64,000 nucleotides of DNA from Girardia tigrina (lineage: Eukaryota): assembly GCA_001938485.1 (NCBI GenBank), contig MQRK01193035.1, positions 27,862-91,861 on the forward strand, in the 5' to 3' direction. The notes under the pieces are model-generated. The model was not told the origin of the DNA, ran no database searches, and saw only the letters and a program-made list of their open reading frames with translations. Shown in pieces: positions 39,148-51,329 of the stretch (position 1 is the first letter of the stretch; each line of letters opens with the position of its first letter). A program made the position numbers and the translations under genes.

Positions 39148-40564
39148 AATTATAAAAAAAGCTTTAATCAAATTATATTTTCAAAATCTATATTTGTTTA
39201 CTTTTTTCCTTTTTTATTTAATTTACTTTTATATTAATTTTATTAATTTAATATCATTTATATACAATGTATATATGTATATTTACATATATTATGACGA
39301 GGTAATTGATTTAGTTCGCTGATCAAAATATAAATTTTTTTAAAAATTATTTTGAATTGAAATCAAACTGAAAAATTTTAAAATAAAGTAGAATAATAAT
39401 TAAATATTTTAATTTTGAATTTGAAAATATTCTTTATAAATTTATTTTATTTAAAATATTATTTTAGTACAAAAATGAATGGAGTAAAACAGATAACAGA
39501 TAAAACAGTATTTTCAAAAACAATAATTTATTTGAAATTTATTAAAAATATTGTTGACCAAATTTACAATTGATGTACGAGTGTTAATTGAACTATTTAT
39601 TGAAGAAACATTTGATTTGAGATTAGAAACAAATTCTTTCTCATTGATGAAGAAAATTCCTCCATTATAAGTTTTTTTATACATTAAATCTATATTTTCA
39701 TACATGTTAAATAGTGTGTATTGTTGGTAATCTTTCGATGTCACTACCGATAATACGCATTATTTACTATCCTATATATATATATATATATATANNNNNN
39801 NNNNNNNNNNNNNNNNNNNNNNNNNNNNNNNNNNNNNNNNNNNNNNNNNNNNNNNNNNNNNNNNNNNNNNNNNNNNNNNNNNNATATATATATATATATA
39901 TAATAAAATATATATATATATATATATATATATAATAAAATATATTATTATAAATAAGTATACATTTTTATATTGACCATTTTCGCTTATATAAAAAATT
40001 AGCTTAATAATTACATTATATATTAACATTATTTTCTTTTGGACAAGAAAACAGAAAATTATTCATTTTTACATTCTTTGATTTCAAAATCTTTAAAAGA
40101 GGAATTGAGAGAATCGTTTTCTCAAATAATTTGATATTAATCGTACAAATAATTTGTTTCTAATTAAAATAAATCTGTTGTCTTCGACATTCTTTTTTTT
40201 AAAAAAAGAACATTTCCAGTTTATTTAATCGAGGAAGACATAATTTATTTGAGCAATTTTCTTTAAATTCAAAGACAAATTGATGTGGAGTGAGTTTTTG
40301 CGGGAAACATTTCTGTCAAATATAACGTTTAATTATATGAATAACAATAAGAGCCAAATTTAAAAATCCCAACAAATAATTTTGCTTTTAAATCATAAAA
40401 ATGAATGTATTTTCCGTTTTCTGTTACCTTTTTCAGAAATGTTTTTATTCCAATTTTAATCATTTGAATAAAAGCAAAAATAAATATTTTTCTAAAATTA
40501 ATTTTATTATTAATTAAAAATCTTAAAAAAAAGATGGCACTTTTTTATTAAAAACAAATAAACG

Positions 40565-41990
40565 CCATTTGTCCGGACAGTTTTGAGTTTGTGAATTACA
40601 TTGCTAATTTAGAAATACGAACCGAAAATGATTTTATGGTTTCTTTTGGTGTATCGAGTCTGTTTACTAATGTTCCGTTACAGGAAACCATAGAATTATG
40701 TTGTGATCTTTGGCGTAAGAATAATCTGGACAATTCTGATTTAGATGAAGTTGCTTTTCGAAGACTCTTAATATTTGCTGCTTCAAATATTCATTTTCTT
40801 TTTAATGGTGAATGGTACAAACGAATTGATGGGTTCACCATTGTCTCCAACGTTAACTTCTATATTGCTGCCTTCCATAGAGGAAAAAATAAAATTGTTT
40901 TTCTGGAAAAAACCACCACTTTTTAAGAGATATGTGGATGATATATTTCTAGTCTTTTAATTTCGAGTAAATGTTTTTCCTTTTCTAGGTTACATGAATT
41001 CGATTCATCCGAATATAATCTTAGGAAATAAATGGAAAATTACCATTCCTTGACTTGTTAATTGAAACGAAAAATGATCATTATGAAACTGAAATATATT
41101 GAAACAAAACTGGTACTGGTTTGTACACCTCCATTGACAGTTTTTTGAGTTTAAATATAAAAGGAATATGTTCTAAGATTTTTTATATCGCTCTTAGTCT
41201 CTTTATTCTAACTTTTCAAAATCTATATAAATTATTGATACATTGAGTAAGTTATTGAATAATAACGGTTACTCTAAGCCCATCATAGACAGACTCGTAG
41301 AGTGTAGATAAAATAATTGAAAAAGAAAAAAATAATAATGAACAAATTAATAATCGAAACATTGAAAACTGCTTTACAACTGGGTATACTCTAAGTTTCC
41401 CTTACTCCGAGAGGTTTAAACATCTAAAGAACTCGATCTTGAAATCCACAAATAATATTTTAAATTTAAAAATTATCTCAATCATTGAAAGTTGAGAATA
41501 TGTTTTTGAATAAATAACTTACTCCTTTAGGTTTGTGTTAGGACATTGTTTATCAATACACAAATAATGGCTGTGATGCCACATACATCGGAGAGATTGT
41601 ACTTCATCTCTGCAAAAGAGTCCAAGAATACAGTTAAAGAGGAGGAATGAGTAATATTGCTGAGCGTAAAAAGACGTGTAACTGTAATATGAGCATAAAT
41701 GATTTTAAGCTTTTGTGCAAGCATTTTAAAAATTATTGGGAGAGAGTGTCATGCAAAGCATTATTGATAGGATTATGTGATCCAAAAATCAATGTTCAAA
41801 CAGCACTATCAACTTTTTTTAAGAGTTTTCGATTAGACTCACCCAAGTGATTGAATACTCATTCATTTCTTATATTAAAGCAATAAAAAAGAACATAATC
41901 AGTTATCTGATGATGACGGTTAAACTGTCGAAATATATTATCACAAAATATATTTTTTAATGGCCTTTATTTGTTTTCATTTAAAAATCA
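40565..41990 (+). mobile_element. Penelope-like retroelement, 5'-truncated and degenerate (RT, GIY-YIG, 3' hammerhead)
   Basis: DSFEF..MVSFGVSSLFTNVP; MGSPLSP; FKRYVDDIF; GCDATYIGE; hammerhead at the 3' end. Confidence 0.92.
41902..41944 (+). ncRNA. Minimal type I hammerhead ribozyme (PLE 3' end)
   Basis: gttat CTGATGA t gacgg-ttaaa-ctgtc GAAA tata TT atcac. Stem III is the palindrome AUAUAU; stem I has one mismatch. Confidence 0.75.
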
Positions 41991-42111
41991 GTATTAATTA
42001 AAACTTGGATTTTAAAATCCACTATTTTTTTAGTAATCCTTTTGAAATAGATTGGGATTTTTATATAATTCAGTTCAATACAGTGTTTAATTATTTCATT
42101 CCGAGATATCA

Positions 42112-42143
<32 letters not shown>

Positions 42144-42920
42144 NNNNNNNNNNNNNNNNNNNNNNNNNNNNNNNNNNNNNNNNNNNNNNNNNNNNNNNNN
42201 NNNNNNNNNNNNNNNNNNNNNNNNNNNNNNNNNNNNNNNNNNNNNNNNNNNNNNNNNNNNNNNNNNNNNNNNNNNNNNNNNNNNNNNNNNNNNNNNNNNN
42301 NNNNNNNNNNNNNNNNNNNNNNNNNNNNNNNNNNNNNNNNNNNNNNNNNNNNNNNNNNNNNNNNNNNNNNNNNNNNNNNNNNNNNNNNNNNNNNNNNNNN
42401 NNNNNNNNNNNNNNNNNNNNNNNNNNNNNNNNNNNNNNNNNNNNNNNNNNNNNNNNNNNNNNNNNNNNNNNNNNNNNNNNNNNNNNNNNNNNNNNNNNNN
42501 NNNNNNNNNNNNNNNNNNNNNNNNNNNNNNNNNNNNNNNNNNNNNNNNNNNNNNNNNNNNNNNNNNNNNNNNNNNNNNNNNNNNNNNNNNNNNNNNNNNN
42601 NNNNNNNNNNNNNNNNNNNNNNNNNNNNNNNNNNNNNNNNNNNNNNNNNNNNNNNNNNNNNNNNNNNNNNNNNNNNNNNNNNNNNNNNNNNNNNNNNNNN
42701 NNNNNNNNNNNNNNNNNNNNNNNNNNNNNNNNNNNNNNNNNNNNNNNNNNNNNNNNNNNNNNNNNNNNNNNNNNNNNNNNNNNNNNNNNNNNNNNNNNNN
42801 NNNNNNNNNNNNNNNNNNNNNNNNNNNNNNNNNNNNNNNNNNNNNNNNNNNNNNNNNNNNNNNNNNNNNNNNNNNNNNNNNNNNNNNNNNNNNNNNNNNN
42901 NNNNNNNNNNNNNNNNNNNN

Positions 42921-43451
42921 AGTTTGGTGGTGTGATGCTGGAATCATCCATTATAGTTTCTTGAATCCAGGTGAAACAATCACAGCGGAGAGGTACTGTC
43001 ATGAAATTGATGAAATGCATAAAAAATTGAAAACCCTTTATCCGAGATTGGTCAATCGAAAAAGTCCCATCCTTCTTCATGATAACTCTAGACCTCATAT
43101 TTCAACAGTGACTTTTCAAAAGCTTAATGAGTTGGGCTATGAAACCCTGCTTCATCCACCATATTCACCAGACCTCTCGCCAACGGACTTCTACTTTTTC
43201 AGACATTTGTACAGCTTCCTACGTGAAAAAATTTTCAAAAACGAAAATGATGCTCAAAATGCCTTCCAAGAATTCGTCGCTTCGAGAACCGATACATTTT
43301 ATGCTGATGGAATAAAACAACTTGTTTCTCGTTGGCAAAAATGTATTGATTCCAACGGTTCAAACTTTGATTAATAAACTTTTGTTTCTGTGAATTTGCA
43401 CGTCTTTGAAGTTTGTGTCCTTAAACCGCCATTATTTTTCGACCAACCTAA
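42921..43451 (+). mobile_element. Second Hsmar1-like mariner copy (3' half visible; 5' half probably in the N gap)
   Basis: Near-identical to 30489-31000; the 3' TIR ends at 43451 in a (TA)n tract. Gap length plus the visible part is about one element length. Confidence 0.93.
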
Positions 43452-44235
43452 TATATATATATAATGGTTAAAACTGTCGATTATTGTGTACGATTTGATA
43501 TATTTTGCTCTCGGTTATAAAAAATAATTGACAAATATTCCAAGATTCTTTTAATATCAGTCATTTGTAGAAACAAATACAATTAGTGTTTACTGTTTTG
43601 AATCTGTCTCGTGTCGTTAGAAGAGGAAAGTGTTATTAATTATTTATAAAACTTAAGCGTCCTAAGTCAATGTCAGCCGTAAGTATTGTAATTCTGGAAT
43701 ATCGAATTCGTTCTTTTTTGTTTCATTTAAATATTTTGTTATAGCTGGGTGCTATATAAAAGCTTTCATTATTCGGAAGTTTTTTAAAATATTGAATCAC
43801 AAGAGAATTTAGTTATTTTTTATCGTATAAAATCAGCAAAATGTTCAATTTAAAATCTCCATAACTCTCTGTCTTTCTGTATGAAAATAGTGTAACATTA
43901 AATATTCTGGATACATTTCTATTAAGGGATAATATACATTTGAACTACATGAAGAATACTTTTTACCAAATTATGGGTTAGGTCGTGTTTTGCACCTGTC
44001 GGATGATGTTTCCATCAGTCCACTTAACGGAAAACTTCGGAGTTTATGTCGACATCACGAACAAATTGATGATTTTTAAAATGTACAAAATGTACATTTT
44101 GAATGTTTACTAATGAGTTGTAATGTCTTATCAATTCACAGAACAGTGACTCATAAGATAAATCTGTAAAACAGACAACGCATCCTTTGAAACAGAATAT
44201 GTTTTATTTTTACAATGTAACAAATGACCCAGACC

Positions 44236-44294
44236 CTTGCTCGATCGACTTGATTGTGAGTGCTCACAAGTCACAATCGGGTAGACTGAGTAGG
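44236..44294 (+). ncRNA. Pre-miRNA-like hairpin (candidate)
   Basis: 24-position stem with 5 G-U pairs, 2 mismatches and an 11-nt loop. Confidence 0.35.
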
Positions 44295-45239
44295 ATTCTT
44301 AATAAGGAGTGAGTGACATTGTCGCGACGCGTTACATGTACGCTTTTTGGATGCTAAAATGAACGTTGAAACTGCACTGTCCACAACTTTATGGGAAATT
44401 CTTTAAATGATGTTCGAAATTAATTAATTAAAATAAATTTTAATTTGTTAAATTATTTGTGATAATTTTTCAACTTTCTTTAGGTTTATTAAAAGTTTTA
44501 AATAATTTTTCAGTTATTACTGAAATATTTTATATGAATAAACTACATTAAATGTTTTATTCTAAATTTTAAGATTTATTTATTAATATTTTATAATTTT
44601 ATATTACAAAATGTAACTAATCATTGCGATAGACATATCGAAGCGACAATGATCACAGGACTTTAAATTATTTAACTACCATATTTTTTAATTAATATAT
44701 AGTTATATATTATTATTATTTTATTTATTTGAATTTAAGAAACTTTGTTAATACAAATGACTGAATTTAATGAATTTAATTTAATATAAATATATGAAAA
44801 AAGATAGTATCAAATAGAGAGGCTCCTCGGGAAATTACAAAACGGGATTAAGAATTAACTATTTGGAAATACGCATTTTTAACTGTCTTTGTGGACCTTT
44901 GTAAATTTGTTACTTCATTTAAGAATTGTAAATTTATACATGTTTAAGATGTGTATAAAAGTGTAGAAACTATAAAGACTTGCGAAAATATACAACAATA
45001 TTAACTAACGTAAACGTGAACCAGCAGCAGCAGCGGTAGGATCGATGTAATTCCAGTTAAGGGTCTCATGTTTGTTGTGAAGTTAATAATATTTTGATTT
45101 CATTGTAAAAATATTTATGTATTTATTTATTTATATTATTATAAAATTTTTATTGTAGACTTCATCAACCAATCAGATTTAAATAAATTTAAGTAATTTA
45201 TTATCATTGATATAATATTATTACTATTTTATATTATTT

Positions 45240-45240
45240 C

Positions 45241-45290
<50 letters not shown>
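45240..45290. repeat. (ATT)n microsatellite
   Basis: Direct reading. (TA)n tracts also occur near 9368, 36691, 38550, 39772-39933, 42115 and 47368. Confidence 0.95.
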
Positions 45291-45291
<1 letters not shown>

Positions 45292-45329
45292 GGGATTTTC
45301 CAATTAATTTAATCCGGTGTAATAATAAT

Positions 45330-45901
45330 TTAATCCACGGAGAAATTTTTAGATCTAATTGTGGTAAAATGTTTTCGTTGAGTTAATCTGCGAACGCTAT
45401 TGCCACATTTTAGTCGACTGGAGCAACTTACTCCAAATTCATCTAAAAATATAACCTTTTCATCGTCCCAAGTTAGAAATGCGTACAATATTCGAACCTT
45501 TTTTCGATTTTGTTCGTCACATTTCTGCTGGACTAACTCTATTTTTAATGTGTAATTTAAATTATTCAAACATCTATCAATAGATGTTGTTGACCCATTC
45601 ACATTAATATTTGATAATTTAGATTTGAACTTTTTCAATTTTATTGATTCATCACTTTCAAATTCTTGTCTGATTATGCGTTGGGCTTCAAATGTAATTT
45701 TCTTGTCTTTTGATGTTCTCACCTTTTAAGATTAAATCCTTCCAGTATTTTCTGTATACTTTGATAATTGAAGTCACAGTTTTTCTATTGAAGTCCATTT
45801 CAGCACTGATCTTTGCAGGAGTTTTCCCTTCTTCGTGTTTTTTTTATAATAACATGCCGTTCATCATCAGAAACGTTGCGTTTAATATGGATATTTTGCA
45901 T
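45330..45901 (-). mobile_element. IS630/Tc1-like transposase 5' fragment
   Basis: HTH VSDDERHVIIK..GKTPAKISAEMDFNRKTVTSIIK, then a frameshift, then STTSIDRCL..VIFLDEFG. Confidence 0.7.
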
Positions 45902-46163
45902 TTGTAAGGACTTTTTTTAACTAAAATTTTATATTATAAAACATTTAAATGCAAATCTTAAACAACTTACTTCAAATTTGTTTATTTTAAAATTAAAAAA
46001 AATATTTTAAAATTTTTAAAGCAGTTAATTTTTTAAACAGTTAATTTTCTTAAAAAATAAAATAGCCATTAAAAATTTTATAATTAATTTTTTAAAAAAT
46101 TAAAGCAGTCATAAATAAATTTATAATTAACGTATAAATATTTATAATTAAAACTAAAATTTA

Positions 46164-47363
46164 TTAATATGGCAAAAAAGTTTTTTCCGTTACTCCTCTG
46201 TATTTCTAATTTCTAAATAAAACAAATATAAAACAACAAATATATATTTCTAAATAACAGTATATTCACCATTACAACAAATAACATTTTCAGCATGTGT
46301 AAAAAGTTTATGAAATTCATGTGAAAGTTTTTCTAGTGAGAGATTCCTCATAATATCACTGACCGCTTGTAAGAACTCTCTCTCACTTGCAAATGATGTT
46401 GTTCTTAGTGATCCTTTTAAAAATTCGAATACCCATTTGTCACACTGATTTAAATCAGGCGAATATGGGGCTTGTTTAATCAATTTAACATGTTTCTTCT
46501 GAAAAAAACTCTGTGGTAAACTTGGATGAATGTGGTCGAGCATTATCATGCTGCCAAAGAATTTCTCGCATATTCACTCGTCGTCTGTCTTTACTAAACT
46601 TCGTAAGACTATTTTGAATGAATTCTGTATATCTTTCAGAATTGATAGCCTCACCAGATTTTGTACTTCGATGTGAAACTTACCATAAGCTGTGAATGCC
46701 AAAATAAGCATTGTTCTTCGTCCAAATTTTTTGTTTTGAACAGCACGTGGTCGAGGATCATCACCACTTGCCCATACTCGTAAGTCGGATCTCCATAATA
46801 TAGGGGAAAATGATATCCGCGTTTCATCAACTGTTATCCATCGTTTCATCAAGTATTCCTTCCCATATTGTTGCACAAGTTGCAAAAAATTTCTTGAGGA
46901 TTCATTACGTTGTCGTTTGTGATCATCAGTCAGTTGATAAGGCAACCAGATGCTCAAAATCTTTTTCCTGTTCAAATTTTCATGGAGGATTGTCCTTATT
47001 GATTCTTTGTTGACATCAAGCATTTCACTGATGTGTCTTAAAGACATTCTTTCATCGTGCTCAATTATGTTCCTAAATTTTTCAATCAAATCATGAGTTG
47101 TTGTTGCTGAAGGACGTCCACTTCGTGGGTGATCGTCCAACGATAGCCGCTTGTCTGAGGTAAAATCAGAGAACCAGTTTCTTATTGTGCGTTCCGTTGG
47201 GCAATTATCAGGGAAGGCATTGAACTACTTTCTATAGGTTTCAGCTGCAGTCATTCCATTTTTCCACTCAACGTATGCATAGCATCGACTGTTAAATTTT
47301 GAAAACTCCATTTTTACCGACAACCTTTTAAATCCAATATGAAAAGTGATCATATGACACAAA

Positions 47364-47394
<31 letters not shown>

Positions 47395-47518
47395 TGATTG
47401 ATTTTTTTACCAAAAAATATTTATAAACTTGAATTAACAAAAAAATAGCATTAGAATGGTAATTTTCTTTCTTATTTAGAAGTTGAGAGTAACGGAAAAA
47501 ACTTTCTTGCCATGTTAA
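46164..47518 (-). mobile_element. Full-length mariner element with disrupted transposase
   Basis: TIRs TTAA(T/C)ATGGCAA(A/G)AAAGTTTTTTCCGTTACTC with TA TSDs. Transposase 47311-46250: DHPRSGRP, WLPYQL, TVDET, YSPDLNQCD; it contains a stop and frameshifts. Confidence 0.93.
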
Positions 47519-48931
47519 TATATATTGATATTTATAACAAAATTTTGATATATGGCTTTTGTACAAAGTAATAAAATATTTTTCCTCGTAAATTTGTTTG
47601 GAAAAAAGTTAATTGTAATAGAAATAAATATTTTGAGTAATTAATTCTATTCTTGACCTCGAACCCAACCTATTTGAGTGGAAAATTAAGGGATTGACCG
47701 ATTATTACAGGGGCGTAGCTGGGATGGGGAAGCAGGTGCGGGCTGCACCGGGCATTAGGTACGCATTTTTGGCAAGGGGCAGCAAAAAATTATAAAAAAT
47801 TGATGCATGGGTATCAAAATCTGATTCCCCTAGGTGAAATGTATGAAGATACCGAATTAACGCAAATGAACGAACCACGATGGGAAATTTATTCTTCCTA
47901 GGACCACATTGTTCAGCAACTAACCATTAGATTCGAACAGCTTTATGATGTGGCAGATAAATACGAGTTTTTTTATCATCTTTCCAACTGTTGGACCCTG
48001 AAATCCAGGTCAAACTTAATATTACTTCAGACTACATTGACAAAGAAGAATTTTAACTAGAACGAAAGAGGCTTCAATGGTTTATCGAAGTTTCTCAAGA
48101 AGCCTCTGAACTTCCGAAGCTAGTAACCTGTCGAGCTGTTGAGTTTAATCAGAAAGTATCGACTGGATGATTCAGTTCCGAACATCGTAATCTTGATTTG
48201 CATCTTCCTGAGAAATGGGATAAGTGTGGTAACATGTACGTTAGTTTTTCAAAGCTCGAATTGATAAAAAACTATTTGAGATCAACGAGGACTAATTTAC
48301 GACTTACTACTCTAGCAATTTCGTTCATCGAACAAGAGCTAGTGAAGAAAATTGATTTTGACAAAATCATCGACTCTTTTGCCAGCAAGAAAGCTCTTAA
48401 ATTTGAATTGTAGTCTCTTTTTAATGCTATGTTGGGACCAGTGAGTTTTTCCTTCGCGTCAGCCTCGGGCCTATTCATTGCACTGGCACCGAGGCAGGCG
48501 AGGGAAAAACTCCCTAAATCTAAAAAAACTAAAAATAAAATATTATAATGATAATTTATAATTAATTAATTTAAAAAGAGAAACTTTTAATTGGTTTTGA
48601 CCCTTGGATCCTGTCGATTTAAAAATATTTTCTTATGAGAATTTGATGGCCTGATTTGTTGACGTGGGTTTGATCGGAATTTCGGCCACCTCCGGGTTGT
48701 TTCTATCTGAGGACTGTTGACTTATTGATGGATGATTGAAGGTTGATTGTGAGAATTGTCCGGTTATAGGCTTTGCGAATTTTTTTGTGTAAAAGGAAAC
48801 TGTATAAATTCATCCGAATTTGTGCAGTTGATCAGACTTTTTTATTGAATAAATTTTACTAAAAAAAATTTGTTTTGAACCTAGGTAATTTTTAGATCTT
48901 ATTTCTTTTTTTGAAGATGATGGAGGTTGCC

Positions 48932-49090
48932 GATCTGTCGATAGATAACGGTAGGGGCTTATAGTGCCTGCCGAGACTTTTGACGATCAGGTAGGGAATA
49001 TGAACAGGTTGTGAGGTAATTTAATGACTACGAATCTCTTAATAGATTAACGGCAGGTGCTTATAGTGCCTGCCGAGATTATTGACGATC
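48932..49090 (+). repeat. Two tandem GC-rich hairpin units (~57 bp, ~102 bp apart)
   Basis: cgg(t/c)agg(g/t)gc-ttata-gtgcctgccg..ttgacgatc occurs twice. Confidence 0.8.
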
Positions 49091-49227
49091 TGGAAGTTTG
49101 AGAAAGTCCTTTCCAAGTTTCATTTCTAGAAGAGAATTCGTTTTTCTCAGCCTCCATTAATTATTTTTTGTTCTTTTTTTATTTTTATTTTTTTATATTT
49201 GTAATCCACTCATCGTCCTTATTCAGC

Positions 49228-50001
49228 ATGAATAGAAAGTATAACGAAAGCAAAGACCAACAAAGAGAACTGCTGTTGGAGTTGCACAAATGGAAAGAAA
49301 AATGGTCCAAGCTGAATGACGAATTGACGAAGAGGACAACCGAATTTGAGGACTACAGAAAACATTCAGTTCCTCTATCAATTCATAAACCGGTTGTGGA
49401 CAAATACTTGTTAGGACAACGAAAAATAAATTCCTTGCAAAACGCGGTCACCGAGATGAGAATTCAACAAAATATGTCCACCTACTACAAGAAGGTGATC
49501 GAAAAAGTCACAGAAGAGCAACCGGAAATAATTCTAGAATCAGCAAGCAAGATTGGGTCAAATACGGAAAAGAAACCTCTGGTGACGAATCCAAACATTT
49601 ATGGGTCAATTATGAAAGAGGATATGACATCATCTTCCTCTGGGGTGCTCAGCCGATCCCAGAAGCGGCGTGAACAGAGGAAGCGAAAGGCTCAAATGTT
49701 TCAACAGGCCAAGAATGAGCTGCAAACTGTTTTTAAAACCAGTCGTATTGAGGTTGACGTCCAAAATGGAAAGAAGGTAATCAGAAATGACACCAGTCAA
49801 GGAGAGTCTTCTGATTTTGATACCTCGCATCAAATTTCGTTGTTTTGTCCAACAAATAATTTCCAAGGGACTATAGAACAACAAGAATGGCTGGACTTTA
49901 AGTCAAAACTTGAAATTCAGAATCGTGACCGCCTACAGTTCCGCTCTATCACAACTGGTAAAGGTGAAGAGTTTGTAAATCTATCAGATTTTGATGATTA
50001 A
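49228..50001 (+). CDS. Intact single-exon orphan protein, 257 aa (N-terminal coiled coil, basic NLS-like segment)
   Basis: ATG at 49228 in a long open frame with coding-like composition; RSQKRREQRKRK; AATAAA near 50051. Confidence 0.65.
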   Translation: MNRKYNESKDQQRELLLELHKWKEKWSKLNDELTKRTTEFEDYRKHSVPLSIHKPVVDKYLLGQRKINSLQNAVTEMRIQQNMSTYYKKVIEKVTEEQPEIILESASKIGSNTEKKPLVTNPNIYGSIMKEDMTSSSSGVLSRSQKRREQRKRKAQMFQQAKNELQTVFKTSRIEVDVQNGKKVIRNDTSQGESSDFDTSHQISLFCPTNNFQGTIEQQEWLDFKSKLEIQNRDRLQFRSITTGKGEEFVNLSDFDD

Positions 50002-51329
50002 GGACGATAGGTGGATTGCCTTTGATTAGCATTTTCTTTTGTTATATTTTAATAAAACAATGTCCACATATAATTTGTTCATGTTCTTTTAACTTTAATC
50101 TCTGGTATGAAAAAGATAAAATCATGATAAGAAATATAAAAATCAAATAAAAAAACATGTTGAGAAAAAATTAGATAATTATTAATTGAACAGAAGTAGC
50201 ATAAGCCAACTTTCATAGACTTAATATATTTAAATATAATGTAGAACCCAATAGGTACTTCATCAACTTCACTGGCGAGATAAAAGGGCCAGATAGAGTT
50301 GATTGGGTACGATATGGATATCTAATAAGTGTGAGTTAGAGACACTTAGCGGAGATGCATATCTAAATAATATGTTGGGTCAAAATAAACTCAGATGCTA
50401 AAGCATACCATGACACAAATAAATTTAATTGATAAAATTAAAATAATAATATAAAATCACACCCAACAGCTATCACCAACTTTGAGAAACAAATAAATAA
50501 TTTTCTGGAATCAAACTTCTGTTCGATGTTTTACTTCGTTTTTGGAGGGCATGAAAATGAACTCCGCATCGGGTAGCATATACCCTAGCTACGCCACTGG
50601 AACATTAGCCTAGCAAAAAATAGAAGAGGAATTAAATAAAAAATAGCTAAATAAATATTTAGATAAATTAGTAAAGTAAATAATTAAATGACTTTAAAAA
50701 ATTAAATAATTTAAAAAATAAATAAATAAAAGTTACTGAATAAATTAAATTAAAATATATTTAAGTTAAAATTTATTTCAATTGTTTTAATTCATCAATT
50801 ATAATAAAATTTGTATGCGACTTGTTTGTCAAAATTTCAAGATTAATTTTCAGTTGTGAATGGTTTCTTCGTTTATTGAATCGAATAGTTTGAAAATTGG
50901 TTAAATAAAAATTTTAATTCGAATTTTTGTCAATTTTAAAATTTTAAAGGAAAAATTTCAAATATGCGGATTTAGAGTCAAAAAATGAACGTTCTTGAGT
51001 TTCTATTTAAAGAAAGAACAATTTTAAAAATATATTGAATTTTCGAATGTAAAATATATGCAATTAAATCCTTGTAACAAAAACATTTAATAAAAGTTAA
51101 AAGTGGATCTTTTTCAATTAAATCAATTTTGTCGAATTCGAATAATTATGAAATCTCTAATAAAAAGGATTTTCAATTCGAAAAACACTAATTCAAAAGG
51201 CAACTTTAATAAGCACATTGTTTATTTAGACGATTCAGATGATTTGATTGGGAGTGTGGGCAGCTTTTTTGGAATAAATTCTTCGGATAATTGTAGAATT
51301 CTACCGAATGAAATGTGGTATAATTATCG

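Larger units (their letters stand above)
47708..50599 (+). mobile_element. Internally deleted hAT element enclosing a ~2-kb non-hAT insert
   Basis: TIRs CAG(G/T)GGCGTAGCT(G/A)GG at 47708 and 50599; the flanks gattatta/gaacatta match at 6 of 8 positions. hATC dimerisation domain SFSKLELIKNYLRST..RLTTLAISFIE at 48240-48413. Confidence 0.75.

Noticed and set aside
42005-43098. Long ORFs of 283-329 aa in the ORF track
   Set aside because: Artefacts of translating through the N gap and (TA)n tracts.
43463-43485. ggttaaaactgtcga resembling stem II of the 41902 hammerhead
   Set aside because: Too short, and it lacks both catalytic boxes.
48932-49090. Twister ribozyme (TAA...GAG flanking a stem)
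   Set aside because: The P4/L4 element and pseudoknot partners are absent.
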